Positions 8,319 through 19,085 of a stretch of DNA of 64,000 bases are shown one piece after another. Under the pieces are notes generated by a model. That model searched no databases. It saw nothing but the letters and a program-made list of their open reading frames with translations, and had not been told where the DNA came from. The stretch covers positions 512,001 to 576,000 of the forward strand of contig CAXWPJ010000009.1 of the NCBI GenBank assembly GCA_963664115.2, written 5' to 3'. This DNA comes from Terriglobia bacterium (GTDB lineage Bacteria > Acidobacteriota > Terriglobia > 20CM-2-55-15). Position 1 is the first letter of the stretch, and every line of letters starts with the position of its first letter. A program made the translations under genes and the position numbers.

Positions 8319-10167
8319 CCCCAAAACAAGCGCATAACCAGTCCGCCGAGGCCCAGTTCGCGCCGATAGAATTCGAGGCATAGAATCCCGTTCCCGGATG
8401 GCCTGTTCCAGGTATCGAGTTTCTGTTGAATCTGTTTCAGTTCAGCCTCGCTGGTGTTGGACGGTTGACAGAAACCGGGACCTCGATCGCCCGGGCTCAG
8501 AGTCATGATCGGGTCAACATCGCAGAGGCTGACGCAACACATCCACCCCGCGGAACAAGACCGGCAACCACCGGTTCCAGGCCAGGATCCGGAACAGAAT
8601 GCGCCGCCCGGTGCGCACGAGTTGGCACGGCACAAGCATGAAAGCGTTCAAGAAGGTTTTGAACTCCATGCGCAGCACGGTTTGCTTCTCAGCCTGATAT
8701 TTTTGGCCCCAACGTCCGGTTTCGGGAAGCAGCAATGCAAACCACGCTTTCAGTGTCCAGGCCAGTGACGCGATCACCATGTAGGCCCAGTTGCTGGTCT
8801 GATCTCCGACCGGCATCCGCAACGCCTGAACGCCGTTCTTCAACTGCTCAATGAGATTCTCCTGATTGCACCGTTGATTGGCACGCATCACAATCTGGTC
8901 GGCCGGATCCGAACGGTTGGTAATGTAGAAGAAGTACCGGATGTCGTCAAACAACACCTGCTCTCCTTTGGCCACCGACAGATTCTTCCGCACCACGACG
9001 ACACGGTAGTCCCGATCGCAGGCTCCGGGTCGATACCGAAACTCGGCCACATCCTCACCCTGCAAGCGGATATTGTCGAAACCGCGCTGCCGAACGATCT
9101 CTTCCTTCACGTTGTCGGGACGTTGGCGCGGTTCGGTCGCCACGTCGTATTTCGCGGGCCGTTCCAGGCGCTTCCACTGGCGCGGCTCCAGTTCATCGGC
9201 CCGGGCCTTCAGGTTCGCCATCGCGTCAATCCCGAATATGAAACCCACCTGCTGGTCGTCCCATCCGTCCAGATGCCGGGTCTGGCTGAAGTCCGTGTCC
9301 CCGCGCAGCAGGATCTGGCGAAACCCCGCATGCCGGCACAATGCGATGGCTTGGTCGAACCGGACCGCGGCTCCTTCATGCGACGGCCGGTTGCCGCTAC
9401 GATTGACCAGATACAGCGGTTCGGCGGTGTTGGCCAGCGAGATCATCAGCGGGTGATATCCCCACGTCCCGTCGTAGGCCACGTCCATCCCTTGCTTGCA
9501 TTCCCCCGTGGTTTCGGCCAGTGTCCCGTCCGCGTCCAACACCGCTTCTTCGAAAAACGCCGCCGGTTGCTGTCGCCAGACTCCGAGCCGGACTTGATTG
9601 GTTGCCTCCATCAGACACTCCACGTCGTCGGCCTCGAATCTCCGGCAGAAGTCTCCCGCCGTCGTCGGATCCGGAATCCGTTGCGCTCCCAGCGCATCCA
9701 GATACACCGCATCGTTGCGCCGCAGTTCGATGTCTTCCAGGCACGTTCCTCCGCTCAAGGCGTTGTAGGCGATGTTCAGCACGTGATCCGACTCGTGATA
9801 CGGCAGGTGCCGCTTCAACACATGCACGCCCTTGTCGATGGCTTCGATCAGCCCGGTCCGCCGCGCCACCAGTTGCATCGTCCCGATACCACCAACCGAT
9901 GTGCCCCGCGTCCGCTCTCCCATCTCGTACTGAATGTTGCTCGCCGAAAACATCGGCTCTACCTGATCCGTCCAATGCCGGTCCCCAAGCCGACGTTCGA
10001 TTCGCCGCTTGCGGTTCCTCATGTTCTTGCGCGTATAATCGTTCATCTGAAATGCCTCCTTTTCCGAAGAATCTGTTCAAGGTTTTTTTCGCACGGAGAC
10101 GGGGCATTTCGGGTACTTCCGCTCTTATTGCACTATCATTTCCTCGTCAATCACGCTTGTTCAGGGA
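8319..10167 (-). mobile_element. IS1380-family element, copy 1
   Basis: Ends CCCCAAAACAAGCG / CGCTTGTTCAGGGA, flanked by CTAG on both sides; near-identical copy at 28142-29985. Confidence 0.92.
8514..10046 (-). CDS. IS1380-family DDE transposase
   Basis: LDADGT, GYHPL, LRGDTDF, QRCNQENLIEQLK motifs. Confidence 0.92.
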   Translation of the reverse strand: MNDYTRKNMRNRKRRIERRLGDRHWTDQVEPMFSASNIQYEMGERTRGTSVGGIGTMQLVARRTGLIEAIDKGVHVLKRHLPYHESDHVLNIAYNALSGGTCLEDIELRRNDAVYLDALGAQRIPDPTTAGDFCRRFEADDVECLMEATNQVRLGVWRQQPAAFFEEAVLDADGTLAETTGECKQGMDVAYDGTWGYHPLMISLANTAEPLYLVNRSGNRPSHEGAAVRFDQAIALCRHAGFRQILLRGDTDFSQTRHLDGWDDQQVGFIFGIDAMANLKARADELEPRQWKRLERPAKYDVATEPRQRPDNVKEEIVRQRGFDNIRLQGEDVAEFRYRPGACDRDYRVVVVRKNLSVAKGEQVLFDDIRYFFYITNRSDPADQIVMRANQRCNQENLIEQLKNGVQALRMPVGDQTSNWAYMVIASLAWTLKAWFALLLPETGRWGQKYQAEKQTVLRMEFKTFLNAFMLVPCQLVRTGRRILFRILAWNRWLPVLFRGVDVLRQPLRC

Positions 10168-11114
10168 CTAGCGTGCCTCGAGGTGGTTCGGTCCCTCCGC
10201 AGTGCGGTTGTTCCTGAGCCAGACCGCATCCTCTTGAGAGGATTTTCCCGGAAAAAACGAACGAGCAACCGAGGCCAGTCAGGGCGGAAGAAGAGCATTG
10301 TGGCGGCAATCATGAACCAGGGGAAGATGCCGATGTCGAAAAGCCTCGCGTTGGTCACGTGAAAGGTTGTTGCTGCCACAAACGCCAATAACCGGGTTTT
10401 TCTCCAGAGCAGCAGGGGAACCACCAGCAGATCCAGTAACAACCCTCCATAGCTGAACAGGGAAACCATCCAACCTTGCGTGAAGTACGGCCCGATGATG
10501 GGGAAGTCGGTCCGACTGGCAAGGAGCTCCTGAATGGTGCCTGTTGAAAGCCAGTCGCTGTTGAGCTTGGCCAGTCCTCCGTAGAAATAGACGATTCCGA
10601 TCTGCGCTCGCAGCAGCCACAGGGACCAGGCCGGCGCTGTGTCAGAACGAATGCCGGACCGGCGCCACGCATCCAGTGAGAAAGCCCGCTGGGTCGGAAG
10701 GAAGATCAGTAGAAAACTGACAAGGCAGATGAGGTAGAAGTGATTCAGATAGCGGGCCTTTTCCAGCAGAAACATGTAGGTAAATGCCAGGAAAAACAGA
10801 GTGGCACTGACCCGGTAGAAGAGGCCCAGGGCGATCAAAACAGCCAATATGCCCAGGACGTAGAAATATAGGTACATCCCATCGCCGGGCAAGGGCTTGA
10901 CCCAGTCAAACCCCCAGTAGCTGAAGTGGAATCTGGGCTCGATCCAGATTAGGGAGATCCAATCGTGGCTGAAATAGCGCCACACTTCCCACACCATGAC
11001 GACGCCAAAGACAATGCGGAAGTAGACCAGGGAGGCAATATCCACGGGTGCCAAAAGACGTTCCCGGAAGCTGTGTGGAACGTTTTCGTTCCGGTTGTCA
11101 GGACCCTCTTTCAT
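10168..11114 (-). pseudogene. Vitamin K-dependent gamma-carboxylase-like (HTTM) protein, N-terminal part, interrupted by IS1380
   Basis: SLVYFRIVFG, YLNHFYL, VYFYGGLAKLNSDWL, FHVTN..LFDIGIFPW. Confidence 0.9.
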
Positions 11115-11184
11115 CTATTCCGAAACTGTGCCTTTTCAACGCCGCCGATCGCGTCCGGACAATCTCCATGGGCTTGGCGCGGGT

Positions 11185-11880
11185 CTAGGCAAGCTCCTTG
11201 ATTTTCACGTTGGCGAACAGAACCACACCGTTAGCATGGTGCTTCTGAAGGGCGATGTAGCCCGCCTCAGAATAGCGATTGTCAGGATCGATCCATTCCA
11301 GAGTCTTTTCGCGATTGATCCATTCTGTGATGTGCTGGTTTACGATTCGTGCCCGCTGTTGAATCCCTTTCCCTTCATGGACCTCAAAAAACGCCTTCGG
11401 ATTCCAGCCCCCTGTTGTCTCCACCAGCAGATCGCCGGTGGTCAGGCTGTCAATTCCACAAGTCGGCTTCTTGATATCGTCGGAATCGACCTGAAATTCG
11501 CACCCACGGGGGAAGTTTGTTATCGGTTCGATCGCACGCAGAAACACGCCGGAGTTCCCATAGCATTTCTTGGGAATAGACTCATCGTAGTCGCATACGG
11601 TCCAGGACAGCTCAAAGTTTTTGTAATTATTCTCGGTGAAGAGATGACCCGGCCCGTCGCGGGAAATGGCGATACCCTCCTTGACTCGCCGGTCTCCTTT
11701 CTCGGATTCCCAACTCTCAAGGTGATTTCCATTGAAAAGAAGCTTCCAACCTTCCCCTTTCTGCTGTGCAGTGAGAGTGTTCAAAGGATCCTGCGGAGCA
11801 TTGGTAGGAAACCGTGCAGCAGAGTGAGTCAGTCCGACGATGGCAAGGCCGAACACACTCAACATGAGTTTCTTCAGCAC
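11185..11880 (-). CDS. Secreted DUF1080 (3-keto-disaccharide hydrolase-like) protein
   Basis: Signal peptide; GWKLLFNG, NSGVFLR, EFQV, GYIALQ.H, FANVKIKEL. Confidence 0.88.
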   Translation of the reverse strand: MLKKLMLSVFGLAIVGLTHSAARFPTNAPQDPLNTLTAQQKGEGWKLLFNGNHLESWESEKGDRRVKEGIAISRDGPGHLFTENNYKNFELSWTVCDYDESIPKKCYGNSGVFLRAIEPITNFPRGCEFQVDSDDIKKPTCGIDSLTTGDLLVETTGGWNPKAFFEVHEGKGIQQRARIVNQHITEWINREKTLEWIDPDNRYSEAGYIALQKHHANGVVLFANVKIKELA

Positions 11881-11923
11881 GCCATCGATTCTAGCAATAA
11901 CGTTGTGGGAAAGGTGGCCATAT

Positions 11924-12110
11924 TGTGCGTCGTCAGAATAATGCGCACAAAAGCGCTGTTTTGCTAAGAGACGGTTTTCAAGTTATACCATTCCAGTCCA
12001 TGAAATTGGCGATCCGACGTTGGGTCAGCGTTCGGCGCTTGATTCTCTCCCTACGGAGAGGATTTCCTGCTGATGGCCAAAGAACACGTCCGTGGGCGTC
12101 ACTGTCGCTC
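11924..12110 (-). mobile_element. Degenerate right end of a relative of the IS3 element at 1069-2558
   Basis: TGTGCGTCGTCAGAATAAT...GCTAAGAGACGGTTTTCAAGTTATACCA matches rc of about 2490-2558; remnant peptide VTPTDVFFGHQQEIL resembles VTPADVFFGRDQQIL. Confidence 0.85.
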
Positions 12111-12552
12111 GAGGGAATGGGGACATATGGTATCGATTATCCTCGCGAGGTTGGGAACCAGGACGGAAAAGGCATTGCCTCGGCTGTGTTGACTTGAGCC
12201 AGAGTCGATCCGACGAAGACGAGTCAGACCAATCCCGCACACAGTCGCATTCGCATTGGAGACTCGTTTCGGTTCCCAATCCTTTCATAGGAAGAAGCAA
12301 AGCTCCAGAGCGTGGCAGGGGAGTGGTGGCACAGCGGGCACGCGCTCATATCGGCATGATGGGCCGTCAATATCCGTGCCCGACCACACGTTGCTGGTCT
12401 TTTGTGTCGCTCCACTGGAAACGGTCCCGGGATCTCGAATTCCCCGTCTTCCGTCCTTGTCTCTGGTCTCTTCTCGCTGAGACTGCGACAATGTGCTCTC
12501 GTATACTTCCGGCAGATGAGACGGAGGAGAAAATGCATACATATAAACGCTC

Positions 12553-13959
12553 ATGAATGATCGTAACCAAGCTGACTGTCTCATTCTCGATATCGATTGG
12601 CTGATTACGGTCGATGAGGAACGGCGCGTCATTCGCGATGCAGGCATCGCGATCGGCGACGGGCGGTTTCGGGCAGTCGGAAAGTCTGTGGATATTCGAG
12701 CATCATGGCAGGCGGATCAAATCGTTGATGCCAGCGGGATGGTGGGTCTGCCAGGGTTGATCGACAGTCACCTCCATTCTTCGTTTCAACTTTCCCGGGG
12801 TCTGGCGGACGAGGTGGCGACACGCGCGTTTCTCTTCGAGCACATGTTTCCCTATGAAGGCGTCATGTCCGAGGAAGATATCAACGTGAGTGCCCTCTTT
12901 GCCGCCATGGAACTTTTGCGCAATGGCGTAACGTGCTTCGTGGACCCGGGAAACTACTATCCGGTGGCTACAGGAAAGGCGGTTCTCGAGACCGGAATGC
13001 GGGCGGTTCTTGGGCGCAGTGCGTTTGATCGAACACAGGCTGTTGCCGGAATTCTTCCGGAAAGCATGATTGAGACCACAGAGCAGGCGCTCGACCGCAC
13101 TGAAGCGCTGATCGAATTCGTAAACCAGGACCAAAGCGGTCGATTGCGCGCCAGCGTTTCGTTTCGGGGCTTGACCAATTCAACCGACGGGTTGATAGAG
13201 GGATGTAAGGAGCTTTCCGATAAGTACTCATGCATTCTTCAGACGCATGCCTGCTTCAATTACTCCACGCACGACGACTCTGTCACCCACTTTGGGGTTT
13301 CGGAGATCGAGCGGCTTGAGAATCTGGGAGTGTTAGATGAGCGAATTCTGCTAGCCCATTCCGGGTGGTTGGAACCGCGGGAGGTCGCAATCATTGCTCG
13401 TCGGCGCCCTAATCTCGTGGCGGCTCCGAGTTCCAGTCTTCACAATGGCTACGGCAATTTTACCCGGGGACGCCTGCCGGAACTGATGGAGATGGGTGTC
13501 AATGTGGGCATCGGTTCCGATCACGCCTGTTCTGGGATCACCGACATCGTTCAGGAGATGCGCCTGTTTGCGGGTGTTTACAAGGAACTGGCCATCAATC
13601 CCCGTGTGGTTCCACCGGAGCAGGTGGTGGAAATGGCGACGGTCAACGGGGCGCGTTGCGCAGGCCTGGAGGGCGAAATCGGTAGCGTGGAAGTTGGAAA
13701 ACAGGCCGATTTCGTCTTGTTCGATACTCGCTGGCCCGAGTGGCGGCCACTCTACAATCCCGTTTCGAATCTCGTCTATTCGGCAACGGGCAACTCCGCC
13801 TCCGAAGTGTTCGTGACGGGTGAACGGGTCGTTACCAAGGGGCACTTGACGCGTGTCGATGAAGCGGAAATTGACGTCCAGGTTGAGAATTTCGTATCGC
13901 GCCTGAGCAGTAAGTTGGATGTGGCGCAGCTTGTCCACACGCGTTGGCCTGTGGTGTAG
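12553..13959 (+). CDS. Amidohydrolase superfamily protein (MtaD/AtzA/TrzA-like deaminase group)
   Basis: PGLIDSHLH, QTHA, LAHSGW, GIGSD, MATVNGA, GSVEVGKQAD. Confidence 0.9.
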   Translation: MNDRNQADCLILDIDWLITVDEERRVIRDAGIAIGDGRFRAVGKSVDIRASWQADQIVDASGMVGLPGLIDSHLHSSFQLSRGLADEVATRAFLFEHMFPYEGVMSEEDINVSALFAAMELLRNGVTCFVDPGNYYPVATGKAVLETGMRAVLGRSAFDRTQAVAGILPESMIETTEQALDRTEALIEFVNQDQSGRLRASVSFRGLTNSTDGLIEGCKELSDKYSCILQTHACFNYSTHDDSVTHFGVSEIERLENLGVLDERILLAHSGWLEPREVAIIARRRPNLVAAPSSSLHNGYGNFTRGRLPELMEMGVNVGIGSDHACSGITDIVQEMRLFAGVYKELAINPRVVPPEQVVEMATVNGARCAGLEGEIGSVEVGKQADFVLFDTRWPEWRPLYNPVSNLVYSATGNSASEVFVTGERVVTKGHLTRVDEAEIDVQVENFVSRLSSKLDVAQLVHTRWPVV

Positions 13960-14027
13960 CAGTCCGTGGCAGAAGTCTTGAGGGCCGCGTTACGGCCAAA
14001 CGGGCCCGGATCCAAATCCCAGACTAT

Positions 14028-14672
14028 TTATTCCCGCCGGTTGATCATCGACTCGTAGACAACAGATTCGTAGCGCTGCTCTGCGGTCGAAGGGTAGTCG
14101 CAGATCGCTTTGCTGCGGTCGTAGACCTTGGCCTGGAGGAGAGTGTCGTTCGGCCGGTAGCCGATGCCCTTGTCGTCGATGCCGGGCCTCTCGATCAGAT
14201 TCTCGATCGTAAAGAGTGTTTCGTTGCGGTCCCCGGCTGTGCGGTGGTGTTCCCGGCTCATGATGATGGCTTCTTCGGGACAGGCGTCCACGCAGAAGCC
14301 GCAGTAGATACACCGCAACATATCGATGTTGAATTGTTCGGGGAATTTTTCGATTTCCGGATTCGGATGTTCTCCGGCTTCGATGTAGATACACTCCGCC
14401 GGGCAGGCTGTCGCGCACATATAGCAGGCGACGCATTTCAAGCTGCCATCGTTCCTGACTGTCAGGATATGCGTTCCCCGAAAGCGATCCGAATACGGCC
14501 GGCTCTTTTCGGGGTATTCGATAATCGGGCTGTCACCTTTAAACAAACTGCGTAACAGGTGCCGCAGGGTGACACCAAAAGCCAGGAACGTCCGCCAAAT
14601 GGCAGAGGGCTCTGCCCCGGCCTGAGCGGTGACGTTAATGACAGGAACTTCGACAGCGTAAGGTCCACTCAT
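14028..14672 (-). CDS. nuoI: NADH-quinone oxidoreductase subunit I
   Basis: RFRGTH, CVACYMCATACP, CIYCGFCVDACP. Confidence 0.9.
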   Translation of the reverse strand: MSGPYAVEVPVINVTAQAGAEPSAIWRTFLAFGVTLRHLLRSLFKGDSPIIEYPEKSRPYSDRFRGTHILTVRNDGSLKCVACYMCATACPAECIYIEAGEHPNPEIEKFPEQFNIDMLRCIYCGFCVDACPEEAIIMSREHHRTAGDRNETLFTIENLIERPGIDDKGIGYRPNDTLLQAKVYDRSKAICDYPSTAEQRYESVVYESMINRRE

Positions 14673-16333
14673 CCCAGAACCTCTTCAGGCAGCTTAGCGG
14701 CCTCTTGTCCCGGACGTCCCACAGGAAGAGCGCCGAGCGGTCCGATCAAGTCATAATTCATTTCTGCATAGCGCGGAACGTCGCTTGCAATTGCCTCGAA
14801 TATGGCGGCAGGATCGTCCGCAACTCTCTCCCCGCTCAACCGCAACATTGTCGCCATCAGACGATGCAATGGCCAGATATTGCCCGTCGTTTTGATCCCA
14901 CAGTTAGCGATCTGAACGCGGCCAGCGTAGTTGGTGTACGTTCCGGTCTCTTCAGACCACGCGGCCATCGGTAACAGGATGGAAGCCTTACGCGCCCATT
15001 CAAAGTCAAATGGTGTGCTGACCACGCAGAATTCCACGCTTTCAAGAATCCGCGCAATCTTACTCGCGATCTCTTCCGGATCGGAATCAACCAACTGCGG
15101 GTGAAACGCGATCCAGATACCCCGGACGGTCTTCTTCTTCCGCCCGCGTGAGGAGCCCGTCCAGTCCTCCGAGTTCTGTATCCAGTCCGAGATCCGGAGC
15201 GCCTCGTGTGTTCGGGTGCTTGTCGCGACGCCGGAGCATGTCGTCCTGCTGGACTTCGTACAAGAGGGTCTCTTCGGCGAGTCGGAAATCGACGCGCCCT
15301 CGAAAATACTGCTTCATCAAATACAGTGCTTCGTTTGTGCTGATCGCGCTGCTCAGGCCGGCAAGCGATGTCTCACCGTGCGCCTCTCGTATTGCTCCGA
15401 ACCGGACGTGAGCCTCCTTGAGCGCGTCTTCGATTCCGAAGACCGCGCCTCCAACCGAGGCGTCCCTCAGGCGTGGCCAATTCTCAAGGGCATGGAAACT
15501 CAAGCGCCCTTCATCACACAGCCAACTTTGCTTGACTTCCGGATTGCGCCGTCCGACGGTTCGGTAGACGACACCGTCCGTTGCGGAATAGCCGGGAGTG
15601 CCCCCGCCCTGCGGGCGTGCGGAGTGATCGATGCGCAGGTTGCAGCCGGTGCTGCACCCGCCGCAGACCGATGGGGTTCCCCTGAGGAACCACGACCGGA
15701 CCTTAAACCGGAAATCAGAGCTTGTTAACGCACCGACCGGGCATACGTCGACGACGTTGATCGAATAGGGATTGTCCAGGGGTTTGTCCTGGTAGACAGC
15801 GATTTTGGAATTGTGGCCGCGTCCGAACACCTGGAGCTCCTCAGTTTTCGTCACGTTCCGCGTGAAACGTACACAACGGGTGCAGAGGATACAGCGCTCC
15901 TGATCGAGCTTTACGGTGGGTCCCAGATCAAAAGCTTTCATCCGGCGTGTCTTTTCGCCAAGCGGATAACGGCTGTCGTGTTCCCCGTGTTCCATGTAGT
16001 AGTCCTGCAGCCAGCACTCGCCGCTCTGGTCACATACGGGGCAATCGATGGGATGATGGAGCAACAGGAATTCCATCGCGTAGCGCACGGCTTGCTGAAC
16101 CCGCTCCGTGTCGGTTCGAACCACCATGCCGTCACGGATCGGCGTGGCGCAGGCAGGCATCAGTTTGGGCGCGCCCTCGGCTTCCATCAGACACATCCGG
16201 CAGCTACCCTCGATGCCGATATCAGGTGGTAGCAGTAACGGGGAATTCGGACGCCGACGTCATCCGCGACCTGGATGACCGTCTTGCCCTGATCGACCTC
16301 GTACTCCTCACCGTTGAGCGTGATCTTCGGCAT
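14669..16333 (-). CDS. nuoG: NuoG-like Fe-S protein, two apparent frameshifts (about 16225 and 15100)
   Basis: MPKITLNG...IPRYCYH / GSCRMCL, HPIDCPVCDQSGECWLQ, CILCTRCVR, CPVGAL, CGGCSTGC, WLCDEGR; C-terminal fragment LLPMAAWSEETGTYTNYAGRVQ. Confidence 0.82.
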
Positions 16334-16362
16334 GACCGTCTACATTAACATGGAGCAGCGAC

Positions 16363-17175
16363 TTATTTTTCGATGGGAAGCTCGGCCCGGTTGCCCCATT
16401 CTCCCCAGGATCCCAGATAGTTACGGACCCTTGGATAACCGATCAAACGCAGGGCCAGGTAGGTGTTGGCGGAACGATATCCCCCCTGACAATAAGGGAT
16501 GACCTCACGATCCGGAGTCACACCGATTTCTGCATATTGGGCCGAGAGATCTTCCCCAGCTTTGAACCTTCCGTCGGTGTTGAGGTTGTTTGTCCATTCC
16601 AGGTGCACGGCGCCGGGAATACGGCCACCGCGTGCCGATCGGACCAGTGTGGCATTGTGTTCGGCTTCGGTCCGGGCGTCCACAATGGCCGTTTCGTCCT
16701 TCCCCAGTCGTTCAAGAACATCGTCCGCCGTCGCGAGGAGATCGCGCTGGGTCTTGGCTTTGAAGTTTCCCCGCGCCGAAGCTTTCGCGTCCTGTGTCGT
16801 TTCCATTCCAGCTCCGGACCATGCCTGGAAACCCCCATTCAACAAGCGCACATTGGCATGGCCGAAGAACTCCAGAAACCAGAAAAGACGTGACGCGCGT
16901 TCGCCGCTGATACGGTCGTAAACCACCACGCGGCTATCGGTCGATACACCCTTGGCACCGATCAGGTGCTCGATAATCCAGAGGAACGCGGCCAAAGGAT
17001 CCGGGCGCGTGTCGATCAAGCTGATGCCGAAAATGTCCAGACTCCTCGCTCCTGGAATGTGTCCGTTGGCAAAGTCTTCTGGAGGTCGCAAGTCCAGCAC
17101 TACGAGGTCGGTGTCGGCCGCGCGCTTGTGCAGTTCCTCTGGTGAACAGATCAGATGGGCGTTTTGGTAGTCCAT
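16363..17175 (-). CDS. Two-domain sulfurtransferase (rhodanese)
   Basis: GHIPGA, LNGGF, GRIPGA, active loop YCQGGYRS, YLGSWGEW. Confidence 0.93.
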   Translation of the reverse strand: MDYQNAHLICSPEELHKRAADTDLVVLDLRPPEDFANGHIPGARSLDIFGISLIDTRPDPLAAFLWIIEHLIGAKGVSTDSRVVVYDRISGERASRLFWFLEFFGHANVRLLNGGFQAWSGAGMETTQDAKASARGNFKAKTQRDLLATADDVLERLGKDETAIVDARTEAEHNATLVRSARGGRIPGAVHLEWTNNLNTDGRFKAGEDLSAQYAEIGVTPDREVIPYCQGGYRSANTYLALRLIGYPRVRNYLGSWGEWGNRAELPIEK

Positions 17176-17195
17176 GGTCCTCGTGAAGTTAAGGT

Positions 17196-17957
17196 TTAAA
17201 GGTTAATCGCTTCCAGAATCGCCCTCAATTCTCCCAGCGAGCCAATCGTATAGCGGGGCTGAAAGTGTTGGGGGGTCCATTTCTGAAGGCCGGTATCGAT
17301 CCATACCGAATCCATGCCGACCCCCCCAGCTCCATCCACGTCGATGTCCAGCCGGTCCCCGATGAAAAGCGCATCAGCGGGAGCGATTTCCAGCCGTTTC
17401 AGGGTGACATTGAATATTTGCGGATGGGGTTTCCGCCAGCCGAGTTCGTCCGACACCGCAATGACCTCGAAGATATCGCGTAGGGCATGTCTTTCCAAGC
17501 ATTGGTAGAGCGTCGGCGAGTAATCAAAGTTGGATATCATCGCCAGCCGGTAACCTGCCTGAAGTGCCCATTCCAGCAGCTGGTGGTTCTCGGTGCGAAT
17601 TTCAAGCGCCGGCCCGAAGTGTTCCATGTGGGTTTCGGCCAGCCGCTCGGGAAAGTCCGGGGCAAATCCCGCGACATCCTTTCCGAGCAGTTCCAGCATG
17701 ATCCGGAACCGGTCGGCACTCGGAATCTCCCTGAGGTTTGCCTTGCGCCGACGGTAGGCTTCGGCCGAGCTTTCAAGAAATGCGTCTACAAAATCTTCGA
17801 ATCGGAGTTCTCCGTCTTCCTGCGTATAGACTTCATACACCTTGGGAGCTGTTGTGTGTACGATGGCTTCTCCGATATTGTGTCTGGGAAGCCGTTCCCT
17901 ATCGATGTGAATGACTGTATCGAAAGCATCGAATATCAAAGTTGAATAGTTTTTCAT
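17196..17957 (-). CDS. HAD-superfamily hydrolase (start reassigned to ATG 17957)
   Basis: IFDAFDT, ISNFD, RKPHPQIF, FIGDRLDIDVDGA. Confidence 0.9.
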   Translation of the reverse strand: MKNYSTLIFDAFDTVIHIDRERLPRHNIGEAIVHTTAPKVYEVYTQEDGELRFEDFVDAFLESSAEAYRRRKANLREIPSADRFRIMLELLGKDVAGFAPDFPERLAETHMEHFGPALEIRTENHQLLEWALQAGYRLAMISNFDYSPTLYQCLERHALRDIFEVIAVSDELGWRKPHPQIFNVTLKRLEIAPADALFIGDRLDIDVDGAGGVGMDSVWIDTGLQKWTPQHFQPRYTIGSLGELRAILEAINL

Positions 17958-18044
17958 TTTTTCGTTAGAATCGAGGGTCATTGTAGCAGCCTCAATCAGT
18001 CCGGATCCGGAGGGGCCAGAGCCTATTAAGCAAACGTCTTTTAT

Positions 18045-19085
18045 ATGATCAGCGTTCAAAATCTCACCAAACGTTACGACACGACGACAGCGATCGCTGA
18101 CGTCAGCTTCAGCGTCGAGGCCGGCGAGGTGCTTGGTTTCCTCGGTCCCAACGGTGCGGGAAAGACTACGATGATGCGGGCCATCACAGGTTTCCTCCCG
18201 CCATCGGCAGGCCGGATTACTGTCGATGGGTTTGATGTCTTTGAGGACCCACTGGAGGTACGCAGCCGCATCGGCTACCTCCCGGAAAGCCCGCCGCTCT
18301 ATCCGGAAATGACAGTTGAGGGTTACCTTCGCTTTGTCGCCAAGATCAAGGGAGTGGCCAGGATCGATATCGCTGACGAAGTGACCCGCGTCATGGACAC
18401 AGCGCGCGCCCTCGATGTCGCTCATCGGATTAATGGGCGTCTGTCCAAGGGATACAAACAACGGGTGGGCCTCGCCCAGGCGCTATTAAACGATCCTCCC
18501 GTTCTGATACTGGACGAGCCCACCGTTGGATTGGATCCCAACCAGATCCATGAAGTACGTGAGCTCATTAAGGAATGGTCGGGGGACCACACCGTTATTC
18601 TTTCGACGCATATTCTCCCGGAAGTGGAGCAGACTTGCAGCCGCGTCGTCATTATTGATCGCGGCCGGATCATCGCGATGGATACCCCGGAAAATCTGGT
18701 ACACCAGTTGAAGGGCGCTGAACTGACTCTTGTCGAAGTTGCGGGACCGCTGGACGATATCCTGGAACGGTTTCGAGCGATGGATGGCGTCGTCAGCGCT
18801 CGCGACATGGGTTCGTCCGACGCCCGGCATCGCATTCAGGTGGAGACAGATCTCCGGGTCGACATTCGACCGCGCCTGGCCCGGACGATCGTCGAGGGCG
18901 GATGGGGTCTATTCGAAATGCAATCGTCCCGAATGAGCCTGGAAGACATCTTCATCAAGCTGACGACCAGCGACGCGGAAGCCTCCCCGGTCCATGCCGA
19001 AGACGTGGCCGTTGCCCCAGAGCCTACTTCTGGCAACACTGAAGACTTTGGCGACTCGGAAAACGATACGGAGGCCGACGCATGA
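18045..19085 (+). CDS. ABC transporter ATP-binding protein (GldA-like)
   Basis: GPNGAGKTT, LSKGYKQR, LILDEPT, STH. Confidence 0.95.
   Translation: MISVQNLTKRYDTTTAIADVSFSVEAGEVLGFLGPNGAGKTTMMRAITGFLPPSAGRITVDGFDVFEDPLEVRSRIGYLPESPPLYPEMTVEGYLRFVAKIKGVARIDIADEVTRVMDTARALDVAHRINGRLSKGYKQRVGLAQALLNDPPVLILDEPTVGLDPNQIHEVRELIKEWSGDHTVILSTHILPEVEQTCSRVVIIDRGRIIAMDTPENLVHQLKGAELTLVEVAGPLDDILERFRAMDGVVSARDMGSSDARHRIQVETDLRVDIRPRLARTIVEGGWGLFEMQSSRMSLEDIFIKLTTSDAEASPVHAEDVAVAPEPTSGNTEDFGDSENDTEADA

Noticed and set aside
8874-10217. 447-aa + strand ORF (and its twin at 28697-29989)
   Set aside because: Antisense shadow of the GC-rich IS1380 transposase; no motifs
774-12550. attR duplication of the tRNA-Asn 3' end marking the island boundary
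   Set aside because: I found no second copy of TTCGAGTCTTACCTGAGGAG by eye; the right boundary stays undefined
14669-16333. nuoG as a true pseudogene or programmed frameshift
   Set aside because: Single-base losses (for example CAC-CT-GAT for HPD) with otherwise intact motifs look like consensus indel errors; needs reads
17958-18461. N-terminal extension of the HAD ORF to 421 aa
   Set aside because: Antisense to the ABC ATPase; HAD motif I starts just after ATG 17957
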